DNA of 64,000 bases, taken from positions 11,781,775 through 11,845,774 of the forward strand of contig OZ316899.1 in the NCBI GenBank assembly GCA_973895155.1, given 5' to 3'. Of this stretch, positions 24,590-38,190 are shown piece after piece. Origin of the DNA: Marsupella aquatica (Eukaryota; Plantae; Marchantiophyta). Position 1 is the stretch's first letter. Each line of letters starts with the position of its first letter. Both the position numbers and the translations under genes were made by a program. The notes beneath the pieces were generated by a model, which was given only the letters and a program-made list of their open reading frames with translations, was not told the origin of the DNA and made no database searches.

Positions 24590-25144
24590 CAGTCGTGAAC
24601 TAGACTAATGAGTCATTTTGGGTCATTAAGATATGACCGTGATATATTACATCGTGGTCCCCAATAAGACCAACCAGTCTAGCCCAATCTTAAGATTTTT
24701 CAGGATGATTGGTCATCTGTAGTCATCATCTGTCACTAATGTGCCCATACACTCTAAACTTTTAAGACCAACTAGTCATAATTAGTCGCTTGTGTTCCAT
24801 TATTGAACCATAGCACCAGTCATATATGCGAAAGGAAACTCTTCCTCACTGACTGTTTGTGACTAATTCATACATCATTTTGAGTCATACAAATGACTAC
24901 TTTGCAGTCATTTGTAAGACTACACCTTCTCCAAATCCCAAAATGCCCAAGTACGGATTTGGTCGTTATTAGTCACAAAATGTGTCTTAAACCCTAGTCA
25001 CATAGCTGACCACTCGATTTCAGTCACTTTAAATAAGACGCTATGTCAAAATTACGACTGGCTTGATACCCCCCAAACTTTAGTCACAAGGAGTCATGGG
25101 CAGTCATAAAACTTAGTCATAAAACACCCCGGTTTCTACTAGTG
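24590..25144. repeat. CACTA copy 1 right subterminal repeats and TIR
   Basis: Many tagtca/tgacta/gaccaa motifs in both orientations, ending tttctactagtg; flank gcc. Confidence 0.85.
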
Positions 25145-26690
25145 GCCTAACTAGGAAGTTATGGGCGTTGCCAGTTGGTGGCGCGCCGAGACATGCGGGA
25201 TAGGGTCCGGGTTGGGGACCAAAAGTTTGGTTACCATAAGCATATACAAGGGGGAACCCGGGCCGCACCCAAGGAAGGAGTTGTTTTGGACAAACAGTGG
25301 GCATCGGTTCTGGTTCCGGCTTATGGCATCGGGAGGATCTATCGCTGACCTACTTACCAATGTCTGTTGAGCCTGAGTTAGGATGCTAGACTTGGGGAGG
25401 TCTAGATCCTAAAGGGTTACTTACCGAGATGCTTGGTTGCTTGTGCAGACTATGAGGACCGTTGAGTAGCGGTCGAGTTGGAGAGCAAGTGCGGCTTTGT
25501 ATGGGAGGGGTCGCTGGTAGTGCAAGGGGCACTAGGTTGCTTGCTCGAGGTATTCCGTGGAGGTGTTTGGGCACCCGGGGCACTTAGGCATGGGTGTTGG
25601 GATTGGTGAGGGTGCTGGGTGACAAGGTCCACCACTAGCAACCATGAATGTGAAACAACTATATAATTGTGGCTTGCTATGCTACTTCGCAGACAAAACC
25701 CCGTCGGTTGCTTCCAGCCTTCAGAGACTGGGATATAGTAATTTGGCAACCAATGACCTTCTGTAATATCCCTTACCACTGCTACAAATGCCATAAGAAG
25801 GGGCATCTAGCCCACAGCTGTTGAGAAGGAGAAGAAGGATAGAGACTGACAAGGGTGCTGGAAATACCCGACAAAAAAGACGACGAACGACACTCAGAGG
25901 CTGATCCAAAAGAGATACAAAAGGCCCAAGAGAATGCTATGGCCTGGGCTAAATTCAAGGAGAACCAAGAGCGGCAGACAAATACGGTCAAGACAAATTC
26001 AATAGAGGAGGAAATTGCACATGTGGAGCTGCTCATTGCAGCAGATGGTAGAGAACTAGACAAAGACATTTCAGCCAACTTACCATGGCTGAACGAGGAC
26101 AGTAGAGGGAGGGGTATGATAGAGCCCACTTGTGAACCCTCTAATGCCATGGTGCTGCTAGAACCGGCTAGGCTTAAGGTGAATACACGGGACATTGCAC
26201 CTGGTGGTGGGCTGGCCTTGGCTCCTGGAGGTGACACAGGTTGTCATGGCTCAGTTTGAAATGCCAGTGCAGCAAGCTTTGGACCAGAATTAAGCACAAA
26301 GGCCAGAACAAACACACACGGGCTTCCAGGATTGCTCTCAAAGGGGGAGGCAAAAGGGAATTACTTGTACCATGGGGACATCAATGCCGAGATGTCAGAA
26401 TATGAAGCCTATATATCAAATAACAAACTCAAAGCACAAGCCAAGAAACAAGAATTGAGAACCCCCCCAACGAAAGATAAAGATAAGTCTAAGGGAGAAG
26501 CAAAAAAACAATGCTCACTGAATTTCTCACGAGGATCCATGTCTGATACATGTGCGGGAGAAAGATCACCTAGGACGATTGGATTGCTCAAGCCTAGAAC
26601 AAGGATCCCGAGAAGTGAACAAAGAGACCTAGCTCTAACTAAGATGAGGGACAATAACTCATTGATAGGGGGACTGTCTCAGCAGGCAGG
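25145..26690 (+). mobile_element. Degenerate L1-like LINE ORF1 remnant
   Basis: 25741-25821 translates IWQPMTFCNIPYHCYKCHKKGHLAHSC, the zinc knuckle typical of plant LINE ORF1. Surrounding frames are broken. Confidence 0.6.
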
Positions 26691-29036
26691 GGGGAGGATT
26701 TTCACCGTGACAGCAAACAACAAACAGATTTACTGTTACAAGCAAAACATTTCTTGTTATGAGCAAAACTTTACTATTACAAGCAAAATAGACAATCTAA
26801 AAATGTGTCATTCCCTGAAATTGTTTTTTCCATTTATAAATAAGGGCCACAAAAACCCCGTGGCAAGGGGAAACAACCAGGCCATCAGACAGCCATCAAC
26901 CAAAAAACACACACCCCTAGGAGGGCAAGCAATGAGCAACAAGAGAGCCTAAAGCCAAAGCACAACCAAAACCCCAGGACCTGCAAGGGGAAGTTAAAAC
27001 GCAGGGGCTTTGCAGCCCAGGGACAACAACAATAAAGGGCCATCCACACCAGACACAGTCTCATCCAGAGGAGGTCCGTACATTACGTTTATGTAGCCAG
27101 ACCATTCTTTCCTGGTTAAGGATTTCTTTCACTCTTAGCAATCTAGTGTGTTGCGACCCCGGAGGCAAGCACAAACCAACAACAGTCACATGATCAGCCG
27201 CTTCTGATAAAATAAATCTAAGGTCAAATTTCCTGCAGCCGTTGGCCTGAAACATTTGTGTATTTTGCCGCAACCAAAGAGACCAGAGGATCTGATAAAA
27301 TACAAATAATTTAGCCACCCTCAACTGATCTTTCCGGACAGTCAAATCTTCCATCACCAACAGCTGATCCAAGTAATCAATGAAGGTGCCAAGGAAGCAA
27401 CCAGCTCCTAGGGCCCAACACATTCTAGCATGCACACACTGGGTAAAAAGGTGGGGAATTCTTTCAATGACTCCAATACACAATTTGCAGTGTCCATCAC
27501 CCTTGCCAATGCAAGCGGCTCTTACCCTAGTGAACAGCCCAGATGCCAAAATACTCCATATGAATGTCTTGGCTCGGGAAGACAAGTCAAAACCCCACAG
27601 TTGTGCCTAGCTCGTGTTCCATTCTAAATCTGTTTTGGTGCAACCCCAAGTCCGGTTTAGAGTGGCATAGTCATCAACAGCAGGGCAAATGAGAATATAG
27701 GCCCTCCGGTTATAATCCTAAAAGCCTTCAGTGCAGTCGGTCGGTCCACCCAACACTAGACGCCCGGTGCCAGCTCATGATGCATGCTGCAGCCCACTAT
27801 TGTCCTGATCTTCCCAAAAAATTCTCTAAAATAGTCCTTCGCTCTCACTATGCATCCTTTGATGTGTTCTAGCACTCCATCCAGATTCCGCCACTCATTC
27901 GATTCAATGTCCCACAGATTCTGAATACACTTAACATCCATGCAACCACACAGAATCATGACCATAGCATAATCCTGATTTGACCAGGATTGAAGGCCCT
28001 TGAAGCATCACAGGGTATCGTTAACATTCCATCTCCCGGGCATCACATGAGAAGACAAAAAGATCAACTGCGCACAAATCTGAATCCATGCATTCCATAA
28101 TCCTCTTGTGTATGGCATACCATTAAACAAACGAGGGCAGCACAATAGCATCTTGTCTGGGAAGGAATACTTATTCTTGCAGATCAATTTGAAATTCTGC
28201 CACCCTACCAACTTCAGGTTGTCAGCAAAAAGGCAGGCCCATTCAGTATGGGGAGAGTCAAGAGCCCCAGTGAACTACTTGGAAAGAAGAGCATCTGAGT
28301 GACACCAAAAATCTTTGAAGCCAAGTCCTCCCTCCACTCCGCCTAACCATCCGATCCCATGAAACCATAGGTACTCGCTTGCCCCCCTCCGGGTTGTATC
28401 CCCACAGAAAATCTTTGTATAGTGCAATCAGTTTCTTTGCCAAACCCTCTGAGGCCTTTAAAAACATTGAGTGGTATATGGGAATAGCCTATAGTACATG
28501 TCTGACTAACAGTACTCTTCCTGAAAAGGACAGGAGCTTGTTTGCCCATGAAGATAGTTGCACTCCAACCTTGTCCAGAACAAAACAATGCCAGTTGATC
28601 GGTCCTCAGATCCACTCCCAAAGGGGCACCCAAGTACTTATGTATCTCCCTGATTTTGCTAATCAGGCATCCAGTGTTTGTCAGCCAACGAGGGTTAGAT
28701 AGAATAGCTAAGGGAATCACTACGGATTTTCTCAGATTAAGTTTCGCTCCTGTACCTGTCTCGTAACAATTCAGCACAATTCTTGCTCTTTGAAAACTAC
28801 TCTCAGTAGCAGGAATGAACATTCCTAGATCATCTGCAAAAAATCTGTAGCAGATTGTTAGTGCCTCATAAATTTTAATCCCTAGTAACTTGCTAGCCTT
28901 CAGTTCCGCATCCATAAGATCCATAAGTGGTTGAGTTGATATGACAAAAAGCAACGGTGATAACAGACATCCCTGTCTGACTCCACGATTCAGCCCAATG
29001 GTCTCAGAAAGCAGGCCATTCACCATTGCTCTTGAT

Positions 29037-31475
29037 TGTGACGCCAATGACATGGTCCTTATTCTGTAATCTGATTAAGTAGGTTGCTGTATGCAAGGAG
29101 TAGCTATTGATATTGCATAACAATTAGCAAGATGGCAAGAATAAGGGCAATCATGGCATTAAGAGTAGGGAAATAAAAGCTATGTCGCGGGTGGTTGGCG
29201 ACCATATCTCTTTCAATATGTCACCAAATCCGGATCTGTAAAGAGCATTGGAAAGATCTGGTCAAGGCGAGTAAAATCGATATAAACCACTCAAGAAACG
29301 GAGGTGTATTAAGGAAGATACGACCTAATTAGTGTGACGGGTTAACTTGTGGCCGGAATTAGCGGATTCGACTTCAGTTTCGGGTTAACCCAAGCTCGGC
29401 CATGGCTTAGCTTAGGTAAGCACGGCTTCAGCTTAGCTCAAGTAAGCACGGCTTCAACTTAGCTCAGGTAAGCACGGCTTCAACTTAGCTCAGGTAAGCA
29501 CGGCTTCAGCTTAGGCTTAACCCGGGTTCGGATTAGATTGATCCCGGGGTAGACTGAACTTGGGTTAGCCTAAACTTGGGCTCGGGTTAGCATAGGCAAG
29601 ATTGGGTTTGGGCTTAGCTTAGCCTAGGTTAGCGGATAGTGGGTAGCGGCCTAACCCGAGACCACGGATTAGCTCTACTCGGGCTAGATAGGATAGCTAG
29701 GTTAGTCGAACTCGGGTTAGCTATGTAACTCGGGTTAGCGCAGCAGTGAGTACCCTCTCTTGGTTGCGGGGGCATAACTCTCTGTGTATTTGACCAAATT
29801 GGCTATAATTGACCTCGTTGGAAAGAGGAGCTCAAGCCGCTTCCAACGCTGCTATCCATGCAGCAAATGGTTGAATAGAGAAATCGGGAGAGGAGGCACA
29901 AGCTCTCAAAAACCATGGAGGAGGGCCAAATCCGAAGTACATAGCCAATTCGAGATAGAAATAAAGTTGCGAGTTAGGGTTCAGTAGTTAGAGATAGAGG
30001 CGGATCTGTTAGGGTTGGGGTGGGGCTCCAACAGCGTAGTATCCACCCATTTGGGCTCAGTACGAGAGTATATAGAGCAGCCCCCCGGTAGAGGCAAGGG
30101 GGGGACTTCAGTTGTGTGATCTCACGTAGACTGAGCAACAGGGAGGAGCTCTGTGCAAGGAAGGTTGGGCTTGGAAGCTGTGTGTTGGGGAGAGCTTGGT
30201 TGTGCTATTACTCACGGAGTAATCAGCCACGCTTCACAACAATAGTTGGCCAGGTTTGCAAGCTGGATTGTGGCTCTTTCTAGTAGGCAACACGACTGGG
30301 TTCTTTTTCCCCGATACAGAGCCTTGGTGATAGGTGATGTGTTGGTGATTGTAAACTGTGGGGAGGATTTCAATGTGATTTGCGGTGAGCACATTAGGAA
30401 GGCTGAGACACTGATTGAGGGGCAGCAGGAGGAGCATTTACAGTTCAGTCTGGCAAGGCTACGTGATCCATGGGGAGTCCCGGCCTTTGTCTGGTAGAGA
30501 GCACTAAGGGATTTATGGCCAGACCTGAGCTTGCAGGGCAAGTGTGAGGCCGGGCCTCATTGCAGTCTGGGATAGATTGTCGTTAGGCCTAGTACCAGCT
30601 TTGAAGTCGAGCAACTGTGCATGCGTAACTTGACGTTCTAAATTGGAGGTGTGAGATCTGTATGTGCCCCCAAGAATGAAGTGCAGTGAAGGAGGTTGAG
30701 TTCAGGATTGAGTTTGCAAGGCAAGTACGGGATTGGTTTGAGTCCAATCTGCCGTCACAATCTGGAGTGAGTCGGGCTCAGGTTCATGATTGAGCTTGCA
30801 TGGCAAGCACGGGGCTTGCAGGGCAAGCACGTCGCAATCTGGAGGAGACAGCCTTCGGGCCTATTGTTCGGATCAAGTGTTCTCAGTGAACTATTGTGCA
30901 CATCTTTGAATCTAATTGAGTTTTCCTCTCAGGCCTCATTTCTCTCATGGATGTGTGTGTATGTGTGAGGCAATCTGAGTGTATGATGGGACTAGTAGCG
31001 CCACTGAGAGGTGTATCGGGTGCATTGAAGTGGGTTGGGTGAGGGCTATCACAGCTCTGATTGCTGAGAGTGGAATGACAGAGTGTGGGGCAATGGCTTA
31101 GAAGTCCCTAAGCCGGGAATCAGTCAGGAGTCATTGGTTTATGGGTACATTCCGATGGCGGAATAGAAATATATTTATGACAGTAAGCATACGTATAGAC
31201 ATATGCACACCATAGCGCTCCTTGTGTGTACGGGCCCGATATGAAGACCCCTTCTCACCAGAACTATCATGAGCACATGATCTGATTCCCAACTTTGGTT
31301 CTTAGGGATTGAGCTTGGGTGATGTGTGACGGAGTCTGGCTATGATAGTCTGGTGTTAAGGGCATAAACTGGTGTTTACCGGCCTTCACATCATCCCTTC
31401 ATGATCCTCAGGTACAAGGAGATGGTTTCGGCACCCAATAGTGACGGTTTTGGTGTTGAGACCCATGTCAATCAC
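29037..31475 (+). mobile_element. Solo-LTR-like insertion (~2.44 kb) in the LINE RT
   Basis: Removing it rejoins LLMGATS-RAMVNG. Ends are tgtgacgccaatgacatgg ... ccatgtcaatcac (imperfect inverted). Left flank ttgat, right flank only gat (degraded TSD). No long ORF. Confidence 0.65.
29406..29514. repeat. 26-bp tandem repeat, about 4 copies
   Basis: Unit cttagctcaggtaagcacggcttca(a/g). Confidence 0.9.
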
Positions 31476-33661
31476 GATGTAGCGCCCATTAATAATGCTT
31501 GAACCAGCTCAATAAAGTGACTACTTATCCCTAGTAGATGCATCGTCTCCCAGATGTATTCGTGATTAACTCTATCAAATGTCTTCTCAAAGTCCAATTT
31601 GAGAAACAAAGATTCTTGTTTCATGTTCTTCACCCAATCACACGTTAACCAAGCAAGTGATATGTTCTCCAAAATGTTCCTTCCAAGGATAAACCCTGTT
31701 TGTTGAGCGTTTACCAATTTAGGTAGTATAAGCTTCAGCCTATTTGCTACAATCTTAGCAATGAGTTTGTATATCATATTCAACATAGTCAGAGGTCTCC
31801 AATCCTTCAGGAACCGCTTATCTGGTTTCTTAGGGATAAACTTGATGATCCCATCTTTTATCCCGACAGCCAATTCACCAGTCAGCCAAAAAACCTGTAC
31901 CATAGCAGTCAGGTCTCCTTGAATGAGCTCCCAACAAGCCTTGTACACCTCAGCAATCATCCCATCTGGTCCAGGTGTCTTATCCAGTGGCAGAAGCAAT
32001 AAAGTTTCTTTTATTTCCTTGCATTCCGGGAGTTTTTCCATCCTTCTCAAGTCCGCAATGGATAGAGAGTGTCTTGTATGAGCCAGCAAAGCTCTCCTCG
32101 CTTGCAACATTGCCCCAGTCTCAACTGCTGCAGCAATAGGGGCATACAATTCTTCACACTGTTTGACCACTTCTTTCATAATCAGCCCTGGATCCGTGAT
32201 CTCTAGTCCTCCTTCAATTATCAGAGCCTTCATGCTCTCCCTGTTTTACTTGGCTTTCACTATGGCAAAATAAAACTTAGAAGGCTCATCTCCTTCCCCC
32301 AACCACTTAATCCAAGCAAGCCGCCTCCCAATGTGAGCTTCTTCTAATTCCGCTGCATGAAGCTGATCCTCGACATCTATGTATGCACTCAAATCTTCCA
32401 CAAACTGCTCCTCAAGCAAGGAGATTTTGAGTAAACAAAGTTTGTTTCATAAAAATTCCATTTCTTCATAACGATCTTGGAGAGCTCTGTTTCCTCCTAT
32501 ACATCTTCCGCATGTTAGAGTGTGCCTTATCAAATGCAAGAAGGGGGTCCGTGCAAACCCCCTTGCCTCGTCTCCAAGCTGCTTCCAACTCTTCCCAAAA
32601 GTTCCTATTTTTGACCACAGCTGGATTAGCTTTGAACCGCACCGCCCTGGTTGGTGCCAAATAGCCAGCCCTATCACCTAGTTGGAAGTGCAGCACCATC
32701 GGGTCATGATCTGAGAGCACCGAGCCACCATCATGTATCAAGTCCACTTCTCCTAGCCATTCTCCTTTTTTGCTGATGTAGAATCTGTCTAACCTTGATT
32801 GTACTGTCACATTATTCCTGCAACAACGCCACATAAACCTAGCGCCCGTAGCAGTGCCCTTGATCTGAATATCATCAACTAGATCAAACCTTACCTTCAA
32901 GAATTGCCACAGCTCCGCTTCCCCGCCCGTGATCAGTGGTGAAATGCCTGTAGAGTCATTGCAGGTTTCTGTCATGTTAAAGTCACCACCCAGAATCCAA
33001 TTCCCCTGGGGGAGGTTGTCCTTGAGCTCATTCCAAAGGCTTGCATGAAGCCGGGACATGTTTGACGCATAGATACTTACCACACCAAAGGTGTGTCCCT
33101 CCAAGGCAACTAGTGCTCATATAGCACGTCCCAAATCCACTATTTTCAAGTCCGGGTGTAGCAACGGTGCCGATTCTCCACGCCCCTCGTCTGGTGCTGA
33201 AGTCAAGTATTGGTACAAAGGCAAGATAGCTCTGAGAGCAATATCCAGGCTAAATTGCTCAACCTTGATTTCTTGTAATGCCAAAATGTCAATTCTTTCC
33301 TTCAACCCCAATTTCAAGAATACCAGTATATTGGTTAAATTCCAGTTTTTGCTAAATACAATTTAATTCATCACCCTTAATTAGATTAATCAAATTAATT
33401 GATAATGAAGTTTAGACCATCATGAAACTAGACACCAAGAGTAAATAATGATCTTTGAGGAATATTGCTTTGACATCCATAGTGGGACAGAATCATGTAA
33501 AACCAACTTATCAATACAACAACCAAAATTTACAAACAATTCACACATCATTTTACATAAATATGAATTTTATTAAATGGGGTAATACATGTTTACATCA
33601 ATTTGTGTACTAAGTGACACTTACAACTAGAAGGAATGATTGAAACGAGGTGTTTACAAAA

Positions 33662-33998
33662 GACAGCAAACAGGAAACAGGATTTAATAACGGAAACTGA
33701 TAATAGGAAAAAAAACTGGTAACAGGAAAATGGGTGGAAATTTTTTTCAATTTTTTTTCAATTTTTTTTTTCAATTTTTTTTTTGAGAAAAAAAAAGTTT
33801 TTTTCTTGGTCAACCAGTTTTTTTTGCCAGCGCCCAAAGCTAGCCAAAAATGTTGCATTGTTAATTTTTTTTGGAAATAATATGTTTTAGGAGACATTTT
33901 TAAATTGTCATTTTTCCTGGTAACAGTGATTTTTTCTTGGTAACAGCATATTAAAAACAGGAAAAAAAATTCCTGTTTACCTGTTTCCTGTCTCTGTC
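33662..33998. repeat. AT-rich MITE-like segment with inverted ends
   Basis: gacagcaaacaggaaacagg ... cctgtttcctgtctctgtc, with internal taacag(g) repeats. No clear TSD. Confidence 0.35.
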
Positions 33999-34188
33999 GC
34001 TATACCCATTGAAACCTTCGGTCCCATGCTAAGTCAGCGTAACTCTATTATCCTAATGCGCATATGATTTGTCACCTAAATCTACCCTAGACCCTAAGTA
34101 CTACTAAACTTAAATAAGTAACTAATAGACAGTGTATCTACTTTTATTGGGGCCTGTATTGGCCTAACCTCATTCTTGGTTAACCATG

Positions 34189-34634
34189 CTAAGTAGCCTC
34201 TACTTGTTTACATCTCTCAAGATTATCTTGTGCTTTTGCAACAACAGATTTAGGAATTCAAACCAAACCACTTTTAGTGTTTCGAGACTTGAAACACCAC
34301 AAAACACTATTCCTTGTTATTTTGTGAGGCTCTAGATATTCTCGTTCATCCCGCTCCCATTTCTTACTCCAACAATTTTTCCATCTTTGTTTCTGTCCCA
34401 CTTCACTCTTGCCCATATGAGGTCAAAACCACTCCACTGAACACACATGCTCAAGCTTGTTCTCATCATTCAGTTCTCCTTCTTCAACATCGCTCACCAC
34501 TCGTCCCAAATGAACAGGGTAGTTCTCTATATCCTCTGTTGCTGGTCTTTGCAAGATAAAATGGCCCTTGACAATATTGTGATGCCTAGCCAGAATCACT
34601 AGGCCAGTTAAAATGGTAAAACCAGGACTGTACC
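34189..34634 (-). pseudogene. Terminal exon remnant of a probable TE-associated protein
   Basis: After a tttcag acceptor it reads GHFILQRPATEDIENYPVHLGRVV..VEWF*PHM..RWKNCWSKKWERD..SVLWCFK..V*IPKSVVAKAQDNL in one frame with two TGA stops. Confidence 0.4.
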
Positions 34635-34693
34635 CTGAAAACACATTAGTATAGTAACAAAAACAAGGAAAATATAAACAATTAAGGGTGACC

Positions 34694-37600
34694 ATGGAAC
34701 CCGAGCCGAGGCCGGAAGTAAGGACGCCACGGCAGGGAACACAATTAGGGTTAGGCCGCGCTAAGTACCGGCGGCTAGGGGTAACCAACGGGAAGGAAGA
34801 CCAGGCAAAGGGGGGGGGGGTTAGGACCGATCACAAGGAATGGCTGCTCATTTGCAAGCACAAACTAAGCAGACAATTACGTGAGGCCAACTACTGTCAG
34901 CTGCTTAGGCAAGCACTCTGGGCGGGAGCAGATACCGACTATCAACTCATGGAGGGTATGAGCAACGTCAATCAAGCTGCTCATTTTTGGGGATGCCTAT
35001 TCGAATGGGCAACTAAGTACATTGGGACCTACAAGGACAAAGAATTGGAAAGGGCAGCTTGAGAACGGCAGGAGCTCGCTTGACTGTGGGAGCTGCAAAA
35101 GTCTACCTTCCTAGGAGGAGAGCTTATCAAGGCCGAGTTCTTGTGGACTCCTACTACCAATCAGCTTGACGACCTTCTGTTTTGTGAAAACAGAATCGTC
35201 GGCATCCGAGAAGCCATCAACTGCTGCAACGAGATACATTGGGAGATGAAGGGTAGCACGGAGGTGTGGACAAAGGCAATCGTGCTTGGAGAAACATCCA
35301 TGGCAGCCAATTTGAAGAGGAAAGGGTACAACAACAAAGAGGCCACCCCTGCAAAGAGAATGAGGTTGGCGGCACCAAGGAAGCCAACCGAGCAGGGAAG
35401 CAAGAAGCAGGGAGAAGCCAAAGAAGAGGAGGTTGACCCCATCAATGCCGTTCCAACAAGGGATGACACCTGGAGAGGCTGGGCGGCAACCCTCCCCAAG
35501 GAAGTGCAATTATACTTTGCACGAGAGGAGGATGTATGCTTTACGGCTATGCAGACTCGGAAGTTCCAGGACTTCATGGCCGGATCCGGCTTGGAAGCTT
35601 TCGTAAAATTACCGTGGCTGAAGCCGGAGGTGCCGGATTTTGACTTATTAGAATTCGTGGGATCATGGGATCCCGAGACAAATTCCGCAAGGGTGTATGG
35701 GAAGGATTTCTATCTCACTCCCCAGGTGATTGTCGATGGGCAATAAGACCAAAGTAGATACCATGAAGACCTTGCCAGACAAGGAGTTCCGGTCGTTCCC
35801 AGGGCCATCAACAAAGAATGGCTTCTTCCGGAACACCTACACCAACCCGCACATTGGGGAGATGATTGATTTCTTGCGGGTAACCATGCACTACAACCTG
35901 CCGAGGCCAGAGATCGGCACGGCACAAGTCTACCTGGCGGAGAGGCCAGACCCAAGCTGGGACTACAACGGGTACCTCCTCACCCAACTGAAGAAGATCT
36001 TGAAGGAGGAACAACAAGTGATCGGCAAGGGAAGTGTGTCCCGGCTTGGCTATCACATGCCGCGTTGTGGTGGTATGCTTGGAGTTAGATCTTTGCCCCA
36101 GTACTTCCCCTACAGGCAAGGGCACCAAAGGAGGTTCCAGACTAGAGGCTGGCAGCAAAGAAACCCAACCAGCCCGGCAGTCCTACAATCGAGCAAGTGT
36201 TTAGGCCAAAGACGGAAGACTTGCCGATGGAGCAACCAAGCATGCAGAATCTTCTGAAATTGCTGGAGAAGGAAAAGAGGGCTGCAACGGCAATGGCACC
36301 GGTACAGGACACTGCTCTAGAGGTAGGCCTAAGCCGACTTACAAGGGAAAACCCCTTTACCGGAGCAAAGGAAAGAAGGAGGCCGGAACACAAGCCGGGG
36401 GTTCAAATGTATGTGGGAGCCGCGAGTCCAGAAGCCAAGGGAGAGCAACCCAAAGCTCCTGGTTGCGATAAGGAGAAGGAGAGATCAGCCTGGAAGCCGG
36501 AGGAGGAACCAGGACCCGTGAGCTGTGTTTGGCAAGAGGCCGTGTTCACAGCAAGACCAGGAGAGCAGCAGGGGGAGCCGGTAGTCCAAGCCGGGGAGGA
36601 GGTGGTGGAGGACTATGACAATGACAACTCCGGCTATGGGTCAGACCATCATGTCCCAAGAGTAAGGACATGTGGCCATTTCATCCCCATGCTTCCTAGA
36701 GTAGTTCAAGGGAACCCCACCCAGCAGACCAGCCCCGAGTCTCCCCCACCAGAGGTTGCTCCCCCGAGATTTGACGGGATAAAACAGACGGCATAGGAGT
36801 TTCAAGAGCGACTCAGGGAAGAAGAGAAGGCAACCCTGGCCAAAGAGAAGGATTTACCTGGGGGAGAATGGATAGGGGACATCCGACGGCTTGCAGAAAG
36901 ACAAAGCAGCCCACCAATCACAATAGAAGAGATCCAAAAGGCGGCTTGGGAACAAAGGCCACCGTGGGTGATGCCGATGACTATTGCTCACTCCACCTAT
37001 GCGCAAGAAAGAGCCATGGAGTACGGGGAGATGTGTGGGGAACTTGCGCTCAGCATCTTTGGAGACGAGTTGGAGCAGGGACCCTTTTTCCATAGGGAGA
37101 TGTTGGAAAAACGCCGTTGGAGGAAGCGATGGCTTTGGAGAGGAGGAAGAAGGACAAGGTCATCCAACGGCTTAGGGAGAAGGAAGCCGAGGCAAAAGAC
37201 CTCAAGGCAGCCAAGAAAGCCCAAGATGAGCTACGGATTAAGCGGCATGAGCTAAACATCATGTAGGGGCAACTAGATACCGCTCAGTCTGATAATCAGA
37301 TTATCAAGGATAAACTGACTCGGACCCAAGGGGAGTTGGCCGACGCGGTCAAGGAAAAGGAGAAGTGGAAGCAAGAGCTGAAGGACGCAGAGGAGGCCCA
37401 CATAGCAACCAACAATCAGGCCATGGCGAAGACACAGAGGAAGGAGAGGGCGCTGAAGGGGGAGCTCAAGGATCTCCGTGGAGCCCTTGAGCAGAAGGAG
37501 GCCGAGTTAGGGAGATCCTATCAAGGGATTATTGTGCTACAGCAAGAGCTTGCATCCTTGACGGCCAGCTTCAAGGCCGACCTGCGTGAGAAGGACGACC

Positions 37601-38190
37601 AACTCAATCAGACTTACGCCAAGATGAACCAGATGGAGTCTGAGGTCATAATGGAGCTTGACAAGGAGCTAAGAGAAACCCAGGAAGAGAGGGCTGCCTT
37701 AAGAAAGGAATTGGAGGAAGCCTAGAAGGAGCTGGAGAAGGCACACAAGGACCTAGACAAACCACAAGAGGAGTTGGAGGAAAGCACGAGGAAGATGGAG
37801 AACTTACAACGGCGGGCCTACAACCAAACGGAGCGGCTGAAGAAACAAGCCGCAATATTTAAGTGCTTGGCTTCATCAGTTCAAACTCCAATTGTGGCAA
37901 CAAAGTTGCCAGGGGTAGTACTAACCGAGGGACAAGCCGCAACACTCGCACCGGTGCCAAAGGTAAGTGGCAAGGGGAAGGGACCAGCTGCCAAACCAGG
38001 GGAGAAGAAGAAGTGGAAACCTTCTCGGTCAGGGAGCAACGTGGCTTCTCAAGCCACCGTGACCAAGGAGAACACGGCACCGACCTCAAGCAGGTTCATG
38101 GCAGAGGATTCAACTGTACTGGAAGGCGGGGATGGCAAGGCCGAGGCCGGGACAATCATTGATGAAGCCGGGTATCAGATCCACCACTAG
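34694..38190 (+). pseudogene. Second, degraded PMD/Transposase_32-like + coiled-coil gene
   Basis: GLEAFVKLPW..EFVGSWDPETNSARVYGKDFYLTPQVI and SFPGPSTKNGF..PHIGEMIDFLRVTMH..PRPEIGTAQV match the 655-aa ORF. Coiled coil at 37100-37860. Several stops and frameshifts. Confidence 0.55.

Larger units (their letters stand above)
4599..25144 (+). mobile_element. Large cargo-bearing CACTA (En/Spm) transposon, copy 1; left TIR not in window
   Basis: Right terminus ...ggtttctactagtg at 25144 (reverse complement CACTAGTAGAAACC), dense tagtca/tgacta subterminal repeats, TnpD and TnpA-like genes. Subterminal-like ttagtcgc/ttagtcac and ttagggggg motifs at 4600-4800. The left boundary is inferred. Confidence 0.8.
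26690..33320 (-). mobile_element. Degenerate L1-like LINE ORF2 (endonuclease-RT-zf), split by an insertion
   Basis: Endonuclease ILALQEIK, ILGGDFN, SRLDRFY, SDHDP. RT KTPGPDG, DWRPLTMLN, KLDFEKTFDRV, GVRQGCLLSPLLF, FFADD, KYLG. C-terminal CKLC..HLFTQC. Many stops and frameshifts. Confidence 0.9.
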
